A DNA stretch of 64,000 bases from Octopus bimaculoides (Eukaryota): NCBI RefSeq assembly GCF_001194135.2, contig NC_068993.1, forward strand, positions 20,826,551-20,890,550, in the 5' to 3' direction. Of this stretch, positions 36,479 to 49,584 are shown in pieces. Each line of letters opens with the position of its first letter. Position 1 is the stretch's first letter. The notes beneath the pieces are model-generated. The model made no database searches and was not told where the DNA came from. It saw only the letters and a program-made list of their open reading frames with translations. The position numbers were made by a program, and so were the translations under genes.

Positions 36479-38494
36479 CCCATTACGCCCACTGTCCTAT
36501 AGGACAGTAAATAATTTAATTAAAAAAATTATAATATGACAAAAAATGTATTTTGAATATAAATACAAGAAAATAAAAATTCAAATTTTTTTTTTAATGT
36601 ATATCAGATATATTTGTAACACATTGAGAAACATGAGAAAATCTACTGGAAAAATGGGAGAAATAATGCGTGCTCGGTGACCTGCGAATATTAACTCGCA
36701 GCGTTAAGTTGAATCGTTGTTATGTTCATTTGACATAGAAATCCTGATCATAAAGAGTTATTTTACAATACTTAGGATATAGTTTGTTCACAAATAGAAT
36801 TTTATGCATATAATATAACTTTGAATTTTACTGTCCTATATATATGACGCTGGGTTAATGTGTACATAACTGAACTAGTCTGTGCATCTGATTCATGTTT
36901 GAGACATGTACGTAGCGACGTGATTGGAAAACATTGACGGCGCAGACAGGTAACTATACTTTCAGCAGTGTTTCAAGTGTCACAGGGTGAAAACTGAAGA
37001 CAGTGCAGATAAATATCTTACCAAGGTAATTACTCTCACTTTATTGGAGTGTCGTGCATGAAGTATGTTTGGTGTACTCATGAAAGTATTATTCTTTACT
37101 GATTAAATCTTCTGAGACATTTTAAATATTGTAATGATTCTTATAATTCTTTATCGCTTAATTTTTTTATCCCCAGATGTCGAAAAAATGTGAAAAAAAC
37201 TTGACCATGGATGAAGTTAGGAATTTACTAGATGAACCTGTCAGACGAAGAAACTGAATTTGAATCAGTAGATGTAGTCGTTATTCCCGCTGATGTGCAT
37301 TATATCACAGATGAAGATGAAGCTAATGATGATGAAACTGGTGAGGTTTTGATCAATGATGTTCCAGGACCACTTCTTGCAAAAGAACAAATTGAAAATG
37401 AAAATTTGAGGGAGATTAGCAACAGGCACAATGAGAGAAAATCGACTGAAGAAATGTTCATTAAAAGATTCAATATTGATGAAAAAGGAAAAAAGAGGAT
37501 CTTATGATTACAGATTTGATGTGACCAATGAAATACTTATAGTCAAGTGGCTTGACAATAAATGTGTGTCAATTGGTACAAACTTTGATGCAATTGAACC
37601 AACTAGTAATGTACTTCGCTGGAAGAAGCATGAAAAAAACTAGAGGTAATATTTCTCAACCTCACATTTTGATTACATATAACAATTGAATGAGAGGAGT
37701 TGGTAAACATGACTGGCTAGTGTTGAAATACGCAATTTCCATTCAAGGTAAAAAGTGGTATTGGACACTATTTACACGACTTCTTGACATGGCCGTCGTA
37801 AATGCGTGGACTATTTATAGTTTAGTTCATGATGGAAAGGGTGAAATATCAACGTTACTCGACTTTAAGAGATATATTTGTCTTACATATCTGAAAGATT
37901 AAAAAAAAAAAAAAAACTAAATGCATGACATCTGCCGTCTCTAAGCCAATAAACAGCGTGAGATATGATAGCAAAGGACATGTAATCGCAAAGCAAAAGA
38001 AGCAACATACGGACTGCCAAAGCAAACCCCTCACTTATTGTCAAAAATGCAATGTCACCCTTTGTGTGGATTGTTTAAGTCCTTATCATTAAAAATAAAA
38101 AGTACGATCGAAGTTTTGAGAGCAAATTTTCAAGAAAGGATATTTACGTTGATTTTCATAATTTCATTTACTTTTTTTTTTATCAATTATCAACAAGACA
38201 TGGTATTTCTTTTCATAAATTAGCCTAATAAGGTTTTATACATAATTTTTCATCAACATATAAGCTCACATTTAGCATCATTATGTTTATTTTTAATATA
38301 TACATATTGTTCTTTAGTTATAGATATATAGCAACAATGCCCAGTGTCCTATATATAGGACAGGCTATATATTCGTTAATAAAACGAAGGAAACGAATTT
38401 TACCTACAAATATTTTCATTTTAGCCTATTTTAAGTATGATGTGCGAATTTGAAAGTGATTCTCTGGAAATTAGACACCCTGGGACTTAATGGG
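36479..38494 (+). mobile_element. piggyBac-family transposon, internally deleted and frameshifted
   Basis: TTAA at 36475-78 and 38495-98; TIR CCCATTA(C/A)G(T)CCCA; 24-bp internal inverted repeats at 36831-54 and 38340-63; protein pieces DVVVIPADVHYITDEDE..DVPG, RGSYDYRFD..VKWLDNKCV, MRGVGKHD, KKWYWTLF..LLDMAVVNAW and a C-terminal CxxxxxxCxxCxxxLCxxCF. Confidence 0.92.
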
Positions 38495-39073
38495 TTAATA
38501 TGAGAGGGGAAGACTGTACCTATAACCTCCTCACCTTTATTTAGAGCTTCTGCGTCTTATGGCAGGAAATTATTCTCAATGGGTGACCTACTACTAACGC
38601 TTGCAGTAGAATGAACGCTGTTAAATGCACCCAAGGACTAATCTGTGTTGCTGAACCGACTGACGATTATTTTACTTCTGCCCACTTAACAAATTCCAAG
38701 TTTTTGTAGTCACGAGTAAATTAACATGATGGTGAGTGTAATAATTTCTTCTAGATCAGATATGTTAAGTTTTTGTCCGCGGTGTAGTGTGAGTTTTCGT
38801 AGTTCAGTGCGGTAGCCAAATTGGTTTTAGCTTTCATTGAACGTATCATAACTTCGACTAAAGTAAACGCGCAGAATTAAAAATGCTGTCCTTTCCGGTC
38901 AGCACGCTTCACGCTACTCCAGTGGATATTCGTGAAATTTGTTAGGTGATGTTTTGAGTTACGTGAATTCAGTTTATTGTTTGGGTTAGAAACAAATTGA
39001 TTAAGGTCTTCGTCTTAGAGAAACGTATATATGAGTATTGACTGCGTTTTTTTTGCTTCTGTCAATGTGTGGT

Positions 39074-39456
39074 GTGGAGGCGCAATGGCCCAGTGGTTAG
39101 GGCAGCAGACTCGCCGTCATAGGATCGCGGTTTCGATTCCCAGACTGGGCGTTGTGAGTGTTTATTGAGCGAAAACACCTAAAGCTCCACGAGGCTCCGG
39201 CAGGGGATGGTGGCAAACCCTGCTGTACTCTTTCACCACAACTTTCTCTCACTCTTACTTCCTGTTTCTGTTGTGCCTGTAATTCAAGGGGTCAGCCTTG
39301 TCACACACTGTGTCACGCTGAATATCCCCGAGAACTACGTTAAGGGTACACGTGTCTGTGGAGTGCTCAGCCACTTGCACGTTAATTTCACGAGCAGGCT
39401 GTTCCGTTGATCGGATCAACTGGAACCCTCAACGTCGTAAGCGACGGAGTGCCAAC
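39074..39456 (+). mobile_element. SINE family C: middle-2 plus tail X
   Basis: ggaggcgcaatggcccagtggttagggcagc...ggtttcgattccc; gtgtttattgagcgaaaacacctaaagctccacgaggctccggc; tail shared with 23651-23968. Confidence 0.85.
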
Positions 39457-40219
39457 ACACAGCAATGTGTGGTCCTTGGGAACCGATTATGGAAGTGTAT
39501 CTGATAATGAAGTTTACTCACTGTTTGAGTTATGAGTATATTAATTGAAGATCTTGTTACAGTTGTTGATACTACTAATTAATTAGTATAATGTTCTCTT
39601 GATTGCTTTTGTCGTTTCTGCTGGATACAGATGTTTGCGATATTCTGTTTCTGTGTTCTGTTTTCTTTGATATTTGCCAGAAGCTGATTCTAATTTCCCT
39701 GCTGCGATTTAGCCCTTACTGCCTTGTTGGGATCTTCGTAGGGAGTTGACGTCTTGATTCAAGCTGCAGTGTTTTCATTGGAATGTCGTGTGTAATAAAG
39801 TCCTTTGTTCTATAAATGAATTTACACACACACACAAAACACTAGACCGAAATTTAAGAGGTACAGGGTTCGATTCTCTGTAGAAGCTTGCTAAAGGAAT
39901 TTTACCTGATTTTTTTAAAGCTGTCTTTACAGCTTCTCGCGTTCGAGAATTCCTTTATTTTCTGTAGAATACCGACGAAATCGGCTATACAGAGAGAGAG
40001 GGGGAGGNNNNNNNNNNNNNNNNNNNNNNNNNNNNNNNNNNNNNNNNNNNNNNNNNNNNNNNNNNNNNNNNNNNNNNNNNNNNNNNNNNNNNNNNNNNNN
40101 NNNNNNNNNNNNNNNNNNNNNNNNNNNNNNNNNNNNNNNNNNNNNNNNNNNNNNNNGGGGAGGGAGAGGGGGAGGGAGAGAGAGAGGGGAGGAGGGACAG
40201 ATAGATAGATAGATAGAGT

Positions 40220-40250
<31 letters not shown>

Positions 40251-42212
40251 GGGGAGAGAGAGAAGGAGAGAGAGAGAGATACAGCCCACAGGTTTCTCAT
40301 TTTGTGTTTAGATTTCGCATAACTATTTACGTGGTTATTTGCCTAGTTAACTAATAGCAAATGTCATGCTCAAGAAAGAGTTGTTTCACCTCCTACTCTA
40401 TTTACAACATTATTTTTGTGTAGATTTGTGTGTATGTGTGCACAACATTTTAAAGGTCGCAAATTCATTTCGCTATTTTCATAGCTCTCTGTGTTACTGT
40501 AAAATTAATTCAATATTCTGTGTCTTCATCAATGACTCTATCCCACGTGTCTCCTCTTGTTCTGCTTATTTCGCTTATCAAGAGGCGGCACGTGGAATAG
40601 AGAGTCGCTGATGAAGCCACAGGATGTGTGAGGTAAGAGCTTTCACAAAGAAGTTAAACTAAAATAGTAATAATAACAATAAAGCTGAAGTACAGACCAA
40701 ATATATAGTTTTAATTGGCAAAATATAAGCATCCATAAGTAAAACATAATTCAGTATCAATGAGTTTATATTCGAAAAGAAAAATTAGAATAGGTAGAAA
40801 AGCAACAGAAGGAACAAAAATATAATTAGAGAAAGGGATGTAAAGGAATTTGGTCTATCGGAATAAGAGAAGGAAAGTGGAGAGAGTAGAAAAGGATTGG
40901 AAGAAGAGAAAACATGAAGAAGTAAAAGAATTAAGTTGGGAAGAATGAAAAAACGGCAATATTATGTTTAAGAATTCAAACTCCTTAAAAAATTAGTTCA
41001 AATTCCTTCTAAATTTCCTGTTAATTAAATTAGGCTTATGTTTGAGTAAGGATTTGACCATTGATAGCGATAAGACGCTGCAGAGAAAATACCTAAACAC
41101 ACAAAAGTGCTTTCATTATTTTTTTAAAAATTATTTTCTTGTGTTTTATATATAAACGACTGTTTTTCACCTTGTATGGAATTAAAAATATTCACAAGCT
41201 TATGATTTAGATATTCTTAAACTACTTTTAACAATTAGAGTTTTCTGCTTGCCTACAATCGATCCCATGATACTGTGTAACAAAATTATTATTTTTTTTT
41301 TCGTCTTTGGTCAGTAAGTATTATTTCCTCTTTGCTTCTATCTAGAAATCAAAGGAAATCACTACTATTTCCTTCAAACTTTGCTATTGTGGCCTGGACA
41401 TCAATGTTTTGAAATTGATCTATTTTCTATTACATTTCAGACACTTTCAGTACTGGGTTACTGAAGCAGAAATATCGTTATAGCAAATATTCTGCTTGAC
41501 CCGAACTACTTGAGTATGTCTCTTAATGGCTGACTCTATGTGCATCTCTGATCATGAGCGTGTGTTGTGGGGGAGCATCATAGCCATGTGCTGGAAGAAA
41601 TTCTTTGGGGTTTGAATAAATGTAACAAAAGCAAAGTTTGAAGGAAATATTAGCCAGTTTTTTATACTTTCTAGGAGTGAGCAAAGGGAAATAACAGTTG
41701 CTACCCAAGGACAAAAGTCGAGTTACACAATGTAATCGTTCTCATAACCCGAAGCATAAAGCAATTGCCATTACAAAGTATACACGCAGGCTTAAATTAA
41801 AATACTGAACACTACGTTCATTCCAAGTAAAAGCTTAGAGTTTATAGATTCATATTTCTTTAACTGTTTGATTTGAAAAAATATTAAGTTTAACGGAATC
41901 TGAGTTGGAATATTTAAGAAAGCTAGCTATGAAATATACTTACCGAAGTTAATCTACCCTTTCACAACCGGAAGTCTTAGGAAGTAGTATGGAGTAAAAG
42001 AGGGAAAAAAAGCTCTGGTAAATTTCTGTAGAAAAATTTAAGATTAAATAATTAACATAATTAAGAAATAAGGGATAAAATTACATAACAAAATGCAGTA
42101 TAAATTTTATGCACATTAGTTCCTAAGCTTCAACACTGATAATTATATACATAGACTTATACATATATTTACTGGGCATAATACCTATTCATACATCCAT
42201 CTTTCCACACAA

Positions 42213-42283
<71 letters not shown>

Positions 42284-42624
42284 GAAAAGCGTCTCAGTAA
42301 TTTCAAAGTTTAGCAATTTCTTTTCGTCAGAATGTCTGACGAAATTAATAAATAGTGAAACTTCAAAGTTCCCGAAACATTTTTCTTTTAAAAGTAAATT
42401 TCATGAGGATTCTAGAGCATCAGCTCACAGGTGTTGTAAGTACTTCCAGGAAATAGTCTTATCTACAAATCAATAGACATGGTTGTAAATTAGGTATTAG
42501 TTTATTAACCTCCAGTATTTTTTGTAATTTATTCAGGTTTACCACAACACAGACTTCAGCTAAAAACAGATCTCCCGTAATGCTGCTGCGTAATTCATAA
42601 CATATGCGGTTATGCAACGGTACA

Positions 42625-42845
42625 ATATTGGTTTCAAATTTTGGCAGAAGGCTAGCAAGTTCGAGGGAGCGGATAATTCGATTAGATCGACCCCTGTGCT
42701 CGGCCGGTATTCATTTTATCGTCCCCGAAAGAGAAGAAAGACAAAGTCGGCCTCGGCGGAATTTAAACTCAGAACCTAAAGTCGGACGAAATGCCGCTAA
42801 GCATTTTGTCCGGAGTGGTAACGATTCAGGTAGCTCGCTGCTTCA
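42625..42845 (-). mobile_element. SINE family B
   Basis: aatattggtttcaaattttggc...aaagtcggcctcggcggaatttaaactcagaac...gtagctcgctgc. Confidence 0.85.
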
Positions 42846-43741
42846 AGCAACGGCACAATATTGATGCTTATGTTTATGCAAATTCATGCCACATGTTATC
42901 CACGCTACTATTCTTATTGGGTACTCGCAGAATTTCTTCCATACAATAGATGTACTCTTCCCATTTCGGCAACTTCAGTTTCCAGAATACATACATGTAA
43001 CTTTTGACTTACCATTTAGTTAACCCTAACGAGAAACTTTAACGATTGCTTGACTACAGTTTAATGAATACTATTTTGCTAACAACCAGTGTGCTCAAGT
43101 GTTCAAATTCCAAATTATTGCTTTATCAGTCCCTGTTGGTAAAACCAAAATCATTAAATATTTACAGATGTTGCCGTGGTAACATTCAGACTTTCCAAGG
43201 CTATCATATGTACATATTTAATATATAAACTGTGGATCAGTGCAACTCTTAATACCATATCAATGCATTCATTGTTGTTCCAATACTTTGACAGGTCTGT
43301 CGCCACTTTTCACTCGCTATACGAAGGATTTCTTTTCCTAGGGTGTTTTACTTCCTGACCCACCGGTTTTGTTCATCTTAAAATAGTTTCTTGAATGAAA
43401 GAATTTCAGAATTAAAGTTTATTGTTATGTTTAATGGAAGTTTCAAATGAAACAACACTGCATTTATCTTTACTTAATCGCGAATTCATAAGCAACCTGC
43501 TTTAAATGTATTACGTAAAATCTTTCCAACATAAGCATATATACATATGTATACACACATGTATACACACACATGTATACATACACACACACATACACAC
43601 AACTCAAAACATGAGTGCATGCATGAAACTTTCGGCCCTTCAGTCTCTTTACAACGTCTGCCGATTAAATACAATAATAATAATGATTCTGATGGCGAAG
43701 ACGATGATGATGATAATGATGATGAAAAGGAGGTGGAGGAT

Positions 43742-43776
<35 letters not shown>

Positions 43777-43858
43777 ATTGATATATATATNNNNNNNNNN
43801 NNNNNNNNNNNNNNNNNNNNNNNNNNNNNNNNNNNNNNNNNNNNNNNNNNNNNNNNNN

Positions 43859-43890
<32 letters not shown>

Positions 43891-44494
43891 CATACACACA
43901 ATTTTTTTAAAGCTTAGTAACTATAAGGCAGGAAAATATTTTTAAGATAATTACTTTAATTAACTAAACGTTTTAAAATCTTTTGTACGAATTTATTCTC
44001 TTTTCTTTCCTCTTTACGCAGCAAGCCTTCCGGTTTAAGTTCGGCAGGAAATTTTCTTAACAGCCTTTCAAGACAGATCCCTCAGGCCTTAAATAGTTTA
44101 TATTTTCGTCGCATTCCTTAAAAAAAAACATCTATATGCACACTGCATGTGCTCAATCGAACTGCCCTTAGTTTTCAAAAGAAGGCAAGTATATTTTGCA
44201 CTTGACACAAATTGCTCCGTGAGTTGAGTTAATAAGATATGCTCCGGAATTGCATAGACTTTAAAGTAATATAATCCGTTAATTGCTGACGATATGTTAA
44301 ATTAAATCATAGACACAATTGCACGCATTTCGGAATTGAATAATAAAAATCTTAACCGTTTAATTATTCAACGCAAGTAAGTGCTAAAGTATTACAAAAG
44401 AAAAACAGCTTGTCCGTGTGTTTACTTAACCTTACAACGTGTGATGGCTAATCAGAGATAGTATCTGCTTCTGTAAATAATAACGATAAACGTC

Positions 44495-44795
44495 GCCCTT
44501 TCAAAGCCTAGCCAGGCACATGGGCCCGGTTTCCCGGTTTCTATGGCGTATGTGTTCCCCCTAGCTGAATGGGGCGCCAGTCCATCGCAGCGTTACTCGA
44601 GAAACAGGAAGAAAGAGTGAGAGAAAGTTGGGGCGAAAGAGTACAACACGGGTCGCCACCCCCCCCCTGCCGGAGCCTCGTGGAGCTTTTGGGTGTTTTC
44701 GCTCAATAAACACACACAACGCCCGGTCTGGGAATCGAAACCGCGATCCTCCGACCGCGAGTCCGCTGCCCTAACCACTGGGCCATTGCGCCTCC
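44495..44795 (-). mobile_element. SINE family C: middle-2 plus Meta/V-like tail, full length
   Basis: Same head and middle as 39074; tail gagtaacgctgcgatggactggcgccccattcag...tagaaaccgggaaaccgggcccatg; a tail fragment also lies at 29838-29875. Confidence 0.85.
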
Positions 44796-45174
44796 TACGT
44801 AAATAATAGCATACTTTAATTTAGCCAAAGTTTGCTTTGATTTAGTTAGATTTTTATATAGAAATCTAACAGATTATTTAATCCAACTTCTAAATAACTC
44901 TGCCCTTTCTTTCTCCCCTTTTCTTCTCCCGTTCTTATTGCATCCTCTCCTTTTCTATTTTCTTTTAATCCCTCTTTTATGTTGTATCCCCACCCATCTT
45001 ATTTCTACGACCCATCTTTTCTGCGCCTCCTTCTCCCAATATATTTCATTGTGTTCTTTAATAGTTGCTTTTGTTTTATTTTCTTTTTGAGTATAAATTA
45101 CTCTAAATATATTTAACATTTCTTTTGAAAAATGATGACATTGGGAAACATGTCTACAGTCCATAAAAACTGTT

Positions 45175-45388
45175 TACTCTTTTTTTACTCTTTTACTTGT
45201 TTCAATCATTTGACTGCGGCCATACTAGAGCACCGCCTTTAGTCGAACAAATCGACCCCAGGACTTATTCTTTGTAAGCCTAATACTTATTCTATCGGTC
45301 TCTTTTGCCGAACCGCTAAGTTACGGGAACGTAAACACACCAGCATCGGAGGTCAAGTGATGGTGGTGGGACAAACACAGACACACAA

Positions 45389-45435
<47 letters not shown>

Positions 45436-45515
45436 TACGACGGGCTTCTTTCAGTTTCCGTCTACCAAATCCACTCACAAGGCTTTGGTCGGCTCGAGGC
45501 TATAGTAAAAGACAC
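45175..45515 (-). mobile_element. SINE family A
   Basis: tttactcttttacttgtttcaatcatttgactgcggcc...gctatagtaaaagacacttgccc. Confidence 0.9.
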
Positions 45516-45541
45516 TTGCCCATACATATACGTATATAATA

Positions 45542-45623
<82 letters not shown>

Positions 45624-45694
45624 NNNNNNNNNNNNNNNNNNNNNNNNNNNNNNNNNNNNNNNNNNNNNNNNNNNNNNNNNNNNNNNNNTGTATA

Positions 45695-45745
<51 letters not shown>

Positions 45746-46499
45746 AATAGAGAGAGAGGAAAAGAGAAGGAGAGAGAGACGCTGTTAAATATGCAAGGTA
45801 ATTGTAATATACTGAGTGGGGGGCTTGAAATAGCTACCGAAGTTGATTTTGTACCGTATATATTAGTGCGTAATATCGTCAGCACCAAGTTAACCATCCT
45901 GGGGATAATAATTTTCCTTTTATTTTTAAAGTATCAAAAAGATAAATAATTTACGAATAAATAAATAAATGATATCAGCATGAAAAAGGTTGTGTCTATA
46001 CGTAACCCCGACCGATCTCCAGTCTATTCAAATTTGTCACAGGCCCAGTCCCTTTGACCTTTATCACACATGAAATTTACCGTGTCCTCTGTTCCCTTTC
46101 TTTTAAGCGTACCCAACTCGAATCACGCAGAGAGCCTATACGTGGTCGTTCAACCCGCTAAAAACATCAACAACAAAACGTCCCAAAATTACACCTTACT
46201 ACTTTGGGAAAAGAAAGAAGACCTTACATGGTATAGAACCAGATACCCTTAAAAAGACAGGATGATCCTGGTTGAAACACTTTTACTGCGTTTGCTTAAT
46301 CGAAGTTGACTTGAGGGTTAATCAATAGCGGCAGAACAACAACAAATACTTGACTACTTCAGTTTCAGCTTCAGTTAACATGGAACCTAAAGAAATTGTG
46401 TGGGCTTCGTCTGAAAAGGAAAAAAATAACTCTGACCCAAGCCATTTAACCTTATCTGTAGTAGTAGAGCCTTGAGAGAAAGAAAGAACCAGCTTACTC

Positions 46500-47630
46500 A
46501 CTCAATTCTCTAACAGAAAACAGTTGTGTGATCGTTTCGATGGATTTGACTGATTTTGGAAGCTGGTTGGCGTATAATCTCATTGACAATACATCGGAAA
46601 TTACTGGCAGAAGCGTATAATATATCTTGTGCATATACTTCAAATATTGAAAGTACCTGGTTGATTGATTTAGCTATTTCATGAATTATTGAACAAGCAG
46701 ATACCACTGAGGGAGAACCAGAAATAGCCATAATAAACCGACATTTCAAGAAGGCTTCGAAGGCTGCAAACTACTTCTCGAAATTTCGCGTTTGCTCCAA
46801 AATATATTTACGTTATACTTACGAAGTATGTAATTTCACAACGTAGTAATTAGCTCAGATGAGTACCATGTATATTCCGATTGCAGCATGTGAGAAATAT
46901 TTCTTCAAAAATTTAGGATCATTCATGGTAATGAGAATGGTTTCTTAGTCACACACTGAGACTGTGTCGGAAAATGCTATCGGGAAGGAGTGTAAATGCC
47001 TCACAAACTTACTCGAGAGTTCTGTCTGACAGGAAGCTACCAGATTTTCCAATACGCCAACTTGGACTTGATTAAACTGTACCGGGTTACCAGATCCTAT
47101 CTAGTGTAGGCAGAAACGTGATGCGGCAACAACGCTCCAATTAAGTTTGAATAGCTTATCAGACATGTGATATTCAATGTTTGCGTTTCAATAATACCCA
47201 TCATCTCGACTGTATCGGTAGAAGGTGGATCAAAGACGGTGAACTTCAGTGCCTGCCCCGACGGCTTGCGGTGGTGGGACTCGTCATAAATAGTGGATAG
47301 CAGTGAAAATCTGATAACAGCACCTGAGATATGATTGGCAGTGAATGGTTGTGTAAGAAGCAATTTGAATGATATAAATGGCCACTCAAACGACCTTGAG
47401 GTGTTTATTTTGGTTGCTTTGAAAGATTGAATTGCTTCAATATACAGTGAATCTTCCAAGTGGCGAAAATAAGTAGCCATCCAGCCATTAGAATAGTTTA
47501 CAATTACAAACTCAGTCCGCAAAGCATATCAAACATCAAAGAAATCAAGTCGATCGCTCCGTACTGAAGGAATATGGCGTAGTAACGAGAGCTCACATCA
47601 ACCAAGGCAAGTTAGTTTGTTCCTTAAATA
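46500..47630 (-). pseudogene. Probable decayed Gypsy-type RT/RNase H fragment
   Basis: By-eye motifs in domain order across frames: LVDVSSRYYAIFL (cf. DLSSAYxQI), FDMLCGL (cf. FxRMPFGL), KLNWS, VLSIFE....ILYASASNFRC (cf. LLSIFG...IPVYTANRLQRW); stops and frameshifts throughout. Confidence 0.35.
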
Positions 47631-48606
47631 TGTTACATCGGTGTTTGCTGCCATTAGATGTAAATTACAGGCACATATTTATATACTGTGCTTGTGTATC
47701 TAGGCCACTAACATTTCCCCTAATACTTCAGCTGTTCCTAATAAGATAGTTTTGAGAAGGTATTCTGTTCTAATTTTTACTCCAGTTTTAGTTAATCATT
47801 TGACTATTAGGGATTATAGAAAAATATCTCTCCATTATTCATATCATATGTAGCTTCGCTTCAAGAGCGACCAATTTGGAAACATGTTTAAAATCTTGGT
47901 ATGTCTCCGCTTATTCGTTTTTCTTACTTCCCAGTCTGTCTCGGAAGTTCATTACCAATTATTTCCTATTTCTGTACTGTATTATTCACTACAACGATAT
48001 CTGGTTTCTAACTCTGGTAACGAAACATGATTATACCGAGAGGTTGGATATCGTACAATTCTGTGTTTTTTCTAATATATATTTTCCACATAATTTCCAG
48101 TGGATGCTCTGCACTAATTACTGCATCTATTTATCCACTATGCTTCACAACCACTAATTCGTTTCTCATAAAGATTCTTATGAGTGCCAAGCGATGAATA
48201 AAGCTGAGTCTCAAGCTTTTGATCAGGACTTCTTATCCGTGACCGGGAATTATCTACATATTTATTCATTTCCCAAATAACCTGCCCATTCATTTTATTT
48301 TCTTGCCCAAAACCTTTGCTTTATAATATTTTTTCAACATAATATCCCTTAAATTTTCCTGGTGTCATATAGTCTCCAGTTTCAGCTATTCCCTGCTTAC
48401 TATTTCTTCCAGCACAGTACTAACAGTGTTACTTACATACGTAGATGCATTTACCTTCCTTTTATCTTCTATAAGGTTCTTCAGGACTTACTAAGGCGCT
48501 TCTTCTTTTCTATGTATTTATCCTACTAAAATATAGATATTATTTTTCGAGTTGTTTAATCAAAACAAACTTTTTACTCTTTGGTAGTTTAATACATATT
48601 AAATTA

Positions 48607-48825
48607 GAGGCGGTGAGCTGGTAGAATCGTAAGCACGCCGGACAAAATGCTTCGCAACATTTCGTTCATCTTCACGTTCTGAGTTCAATTTCTGCCGCGA
48701 GCAGCTTTGCTTTTCATCCTCACGAGGCCGATCGAATAAAGTTCCAGTTGAGAACTGGGGTCGATGTAATCGACTTACCCCTCATCCGAAATTGATGGCC
48801 TTGGCTCAAAATTTGAAACCAATAT
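48607..48825 (+). mobile_element. SINE family B, full length
   Basis: gaggcggtgagctggtagaatcgtaagcacgccggacaaaatgc...gttctgagttcaatt...ctcaaaatttgaaaccaata. Confidence 0.9.
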
Positions 48826-49553
48826 ATGTCAAAAATAGTTATCACCAATATGTTATTGATTAGCTTTATCTTTGCAACTTGATCAAACATTTACGCACTA
48901 ATTCTAATTTTCCGAATTACAATTTTCAAGAAGTCCTTTCCCGTTTCTTTCCTAAGTCTTATCTAGCACTGTTAAATCTAATTATCTGTAACCTTCTCTA
49001 TCTACCTGTTTCCTTTGTAAAGTAACTGTCTTCAATTACTTCCCTCTAGCCGTCCTGTTTTCATTATTAAATCGCTAAAACGTCACGTTCGTTTTTGTTG
49101 TTTTTTTATCTCAACTTCTACCTCAATATTTATACTAAAATATTCTCGACTTTGTGTACTAAAAAATCTATTTCATCTTCGTACTATACATTTTAAAGTC
49201 ATCCGTAAATAGAATGTACTTCACTTTATACTGTACATTTTAATACTATACGTACTTTTTGTCATTCTTAGCCGCAGTATTGTCTTGCATATCACAAAAT
49301 TGAAATGGCGCAGGCAACCATTAGGATTTACTTTCCTATTGATCATAATTTCCTAACTCTTCGCAAAATAGCTTTATTTTATTTTTCCTCCTCTCAAACT
49401 CTTTCCAAGCAACTTTCTCGAATTCTCTATTTCCTTTATAGAGATAGGAATGAGAAATCACATTGGAGTCCTTATTTCTTTTTTATAATCAGTCCATGTT
49501 ATCTTCAATAATACTCTAGCGCAATAAAAGTTAAAATAAGTAGCGTTCTGCTT

Positions 49554-49584
<31 letters not shown>

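Noticed and set aside
39074-39150. tRNA gene (also the heads at 44720-44795, 48607 and others)
   Set aside because: A/B-box-like heads continue into repeated SINE bodies with no complete cloverleaf
39480-39830. Possible Penelope GIY-YIG remnant (similar hint at 43050-43400, minus)
   Set aside because: Only scattered residues match, too weak to call without an HMM search
40600-40645. CTGATGA hammerhead core
   Set aside because: There is no GAAA after the possible stem II
47097-47522. 141-aa ORF as a host exon
   Set aside because: An in-frame stop lies between the best acceptor and the ORF, there is no recognisable domain, and neighbouring frames hint at decayed RT
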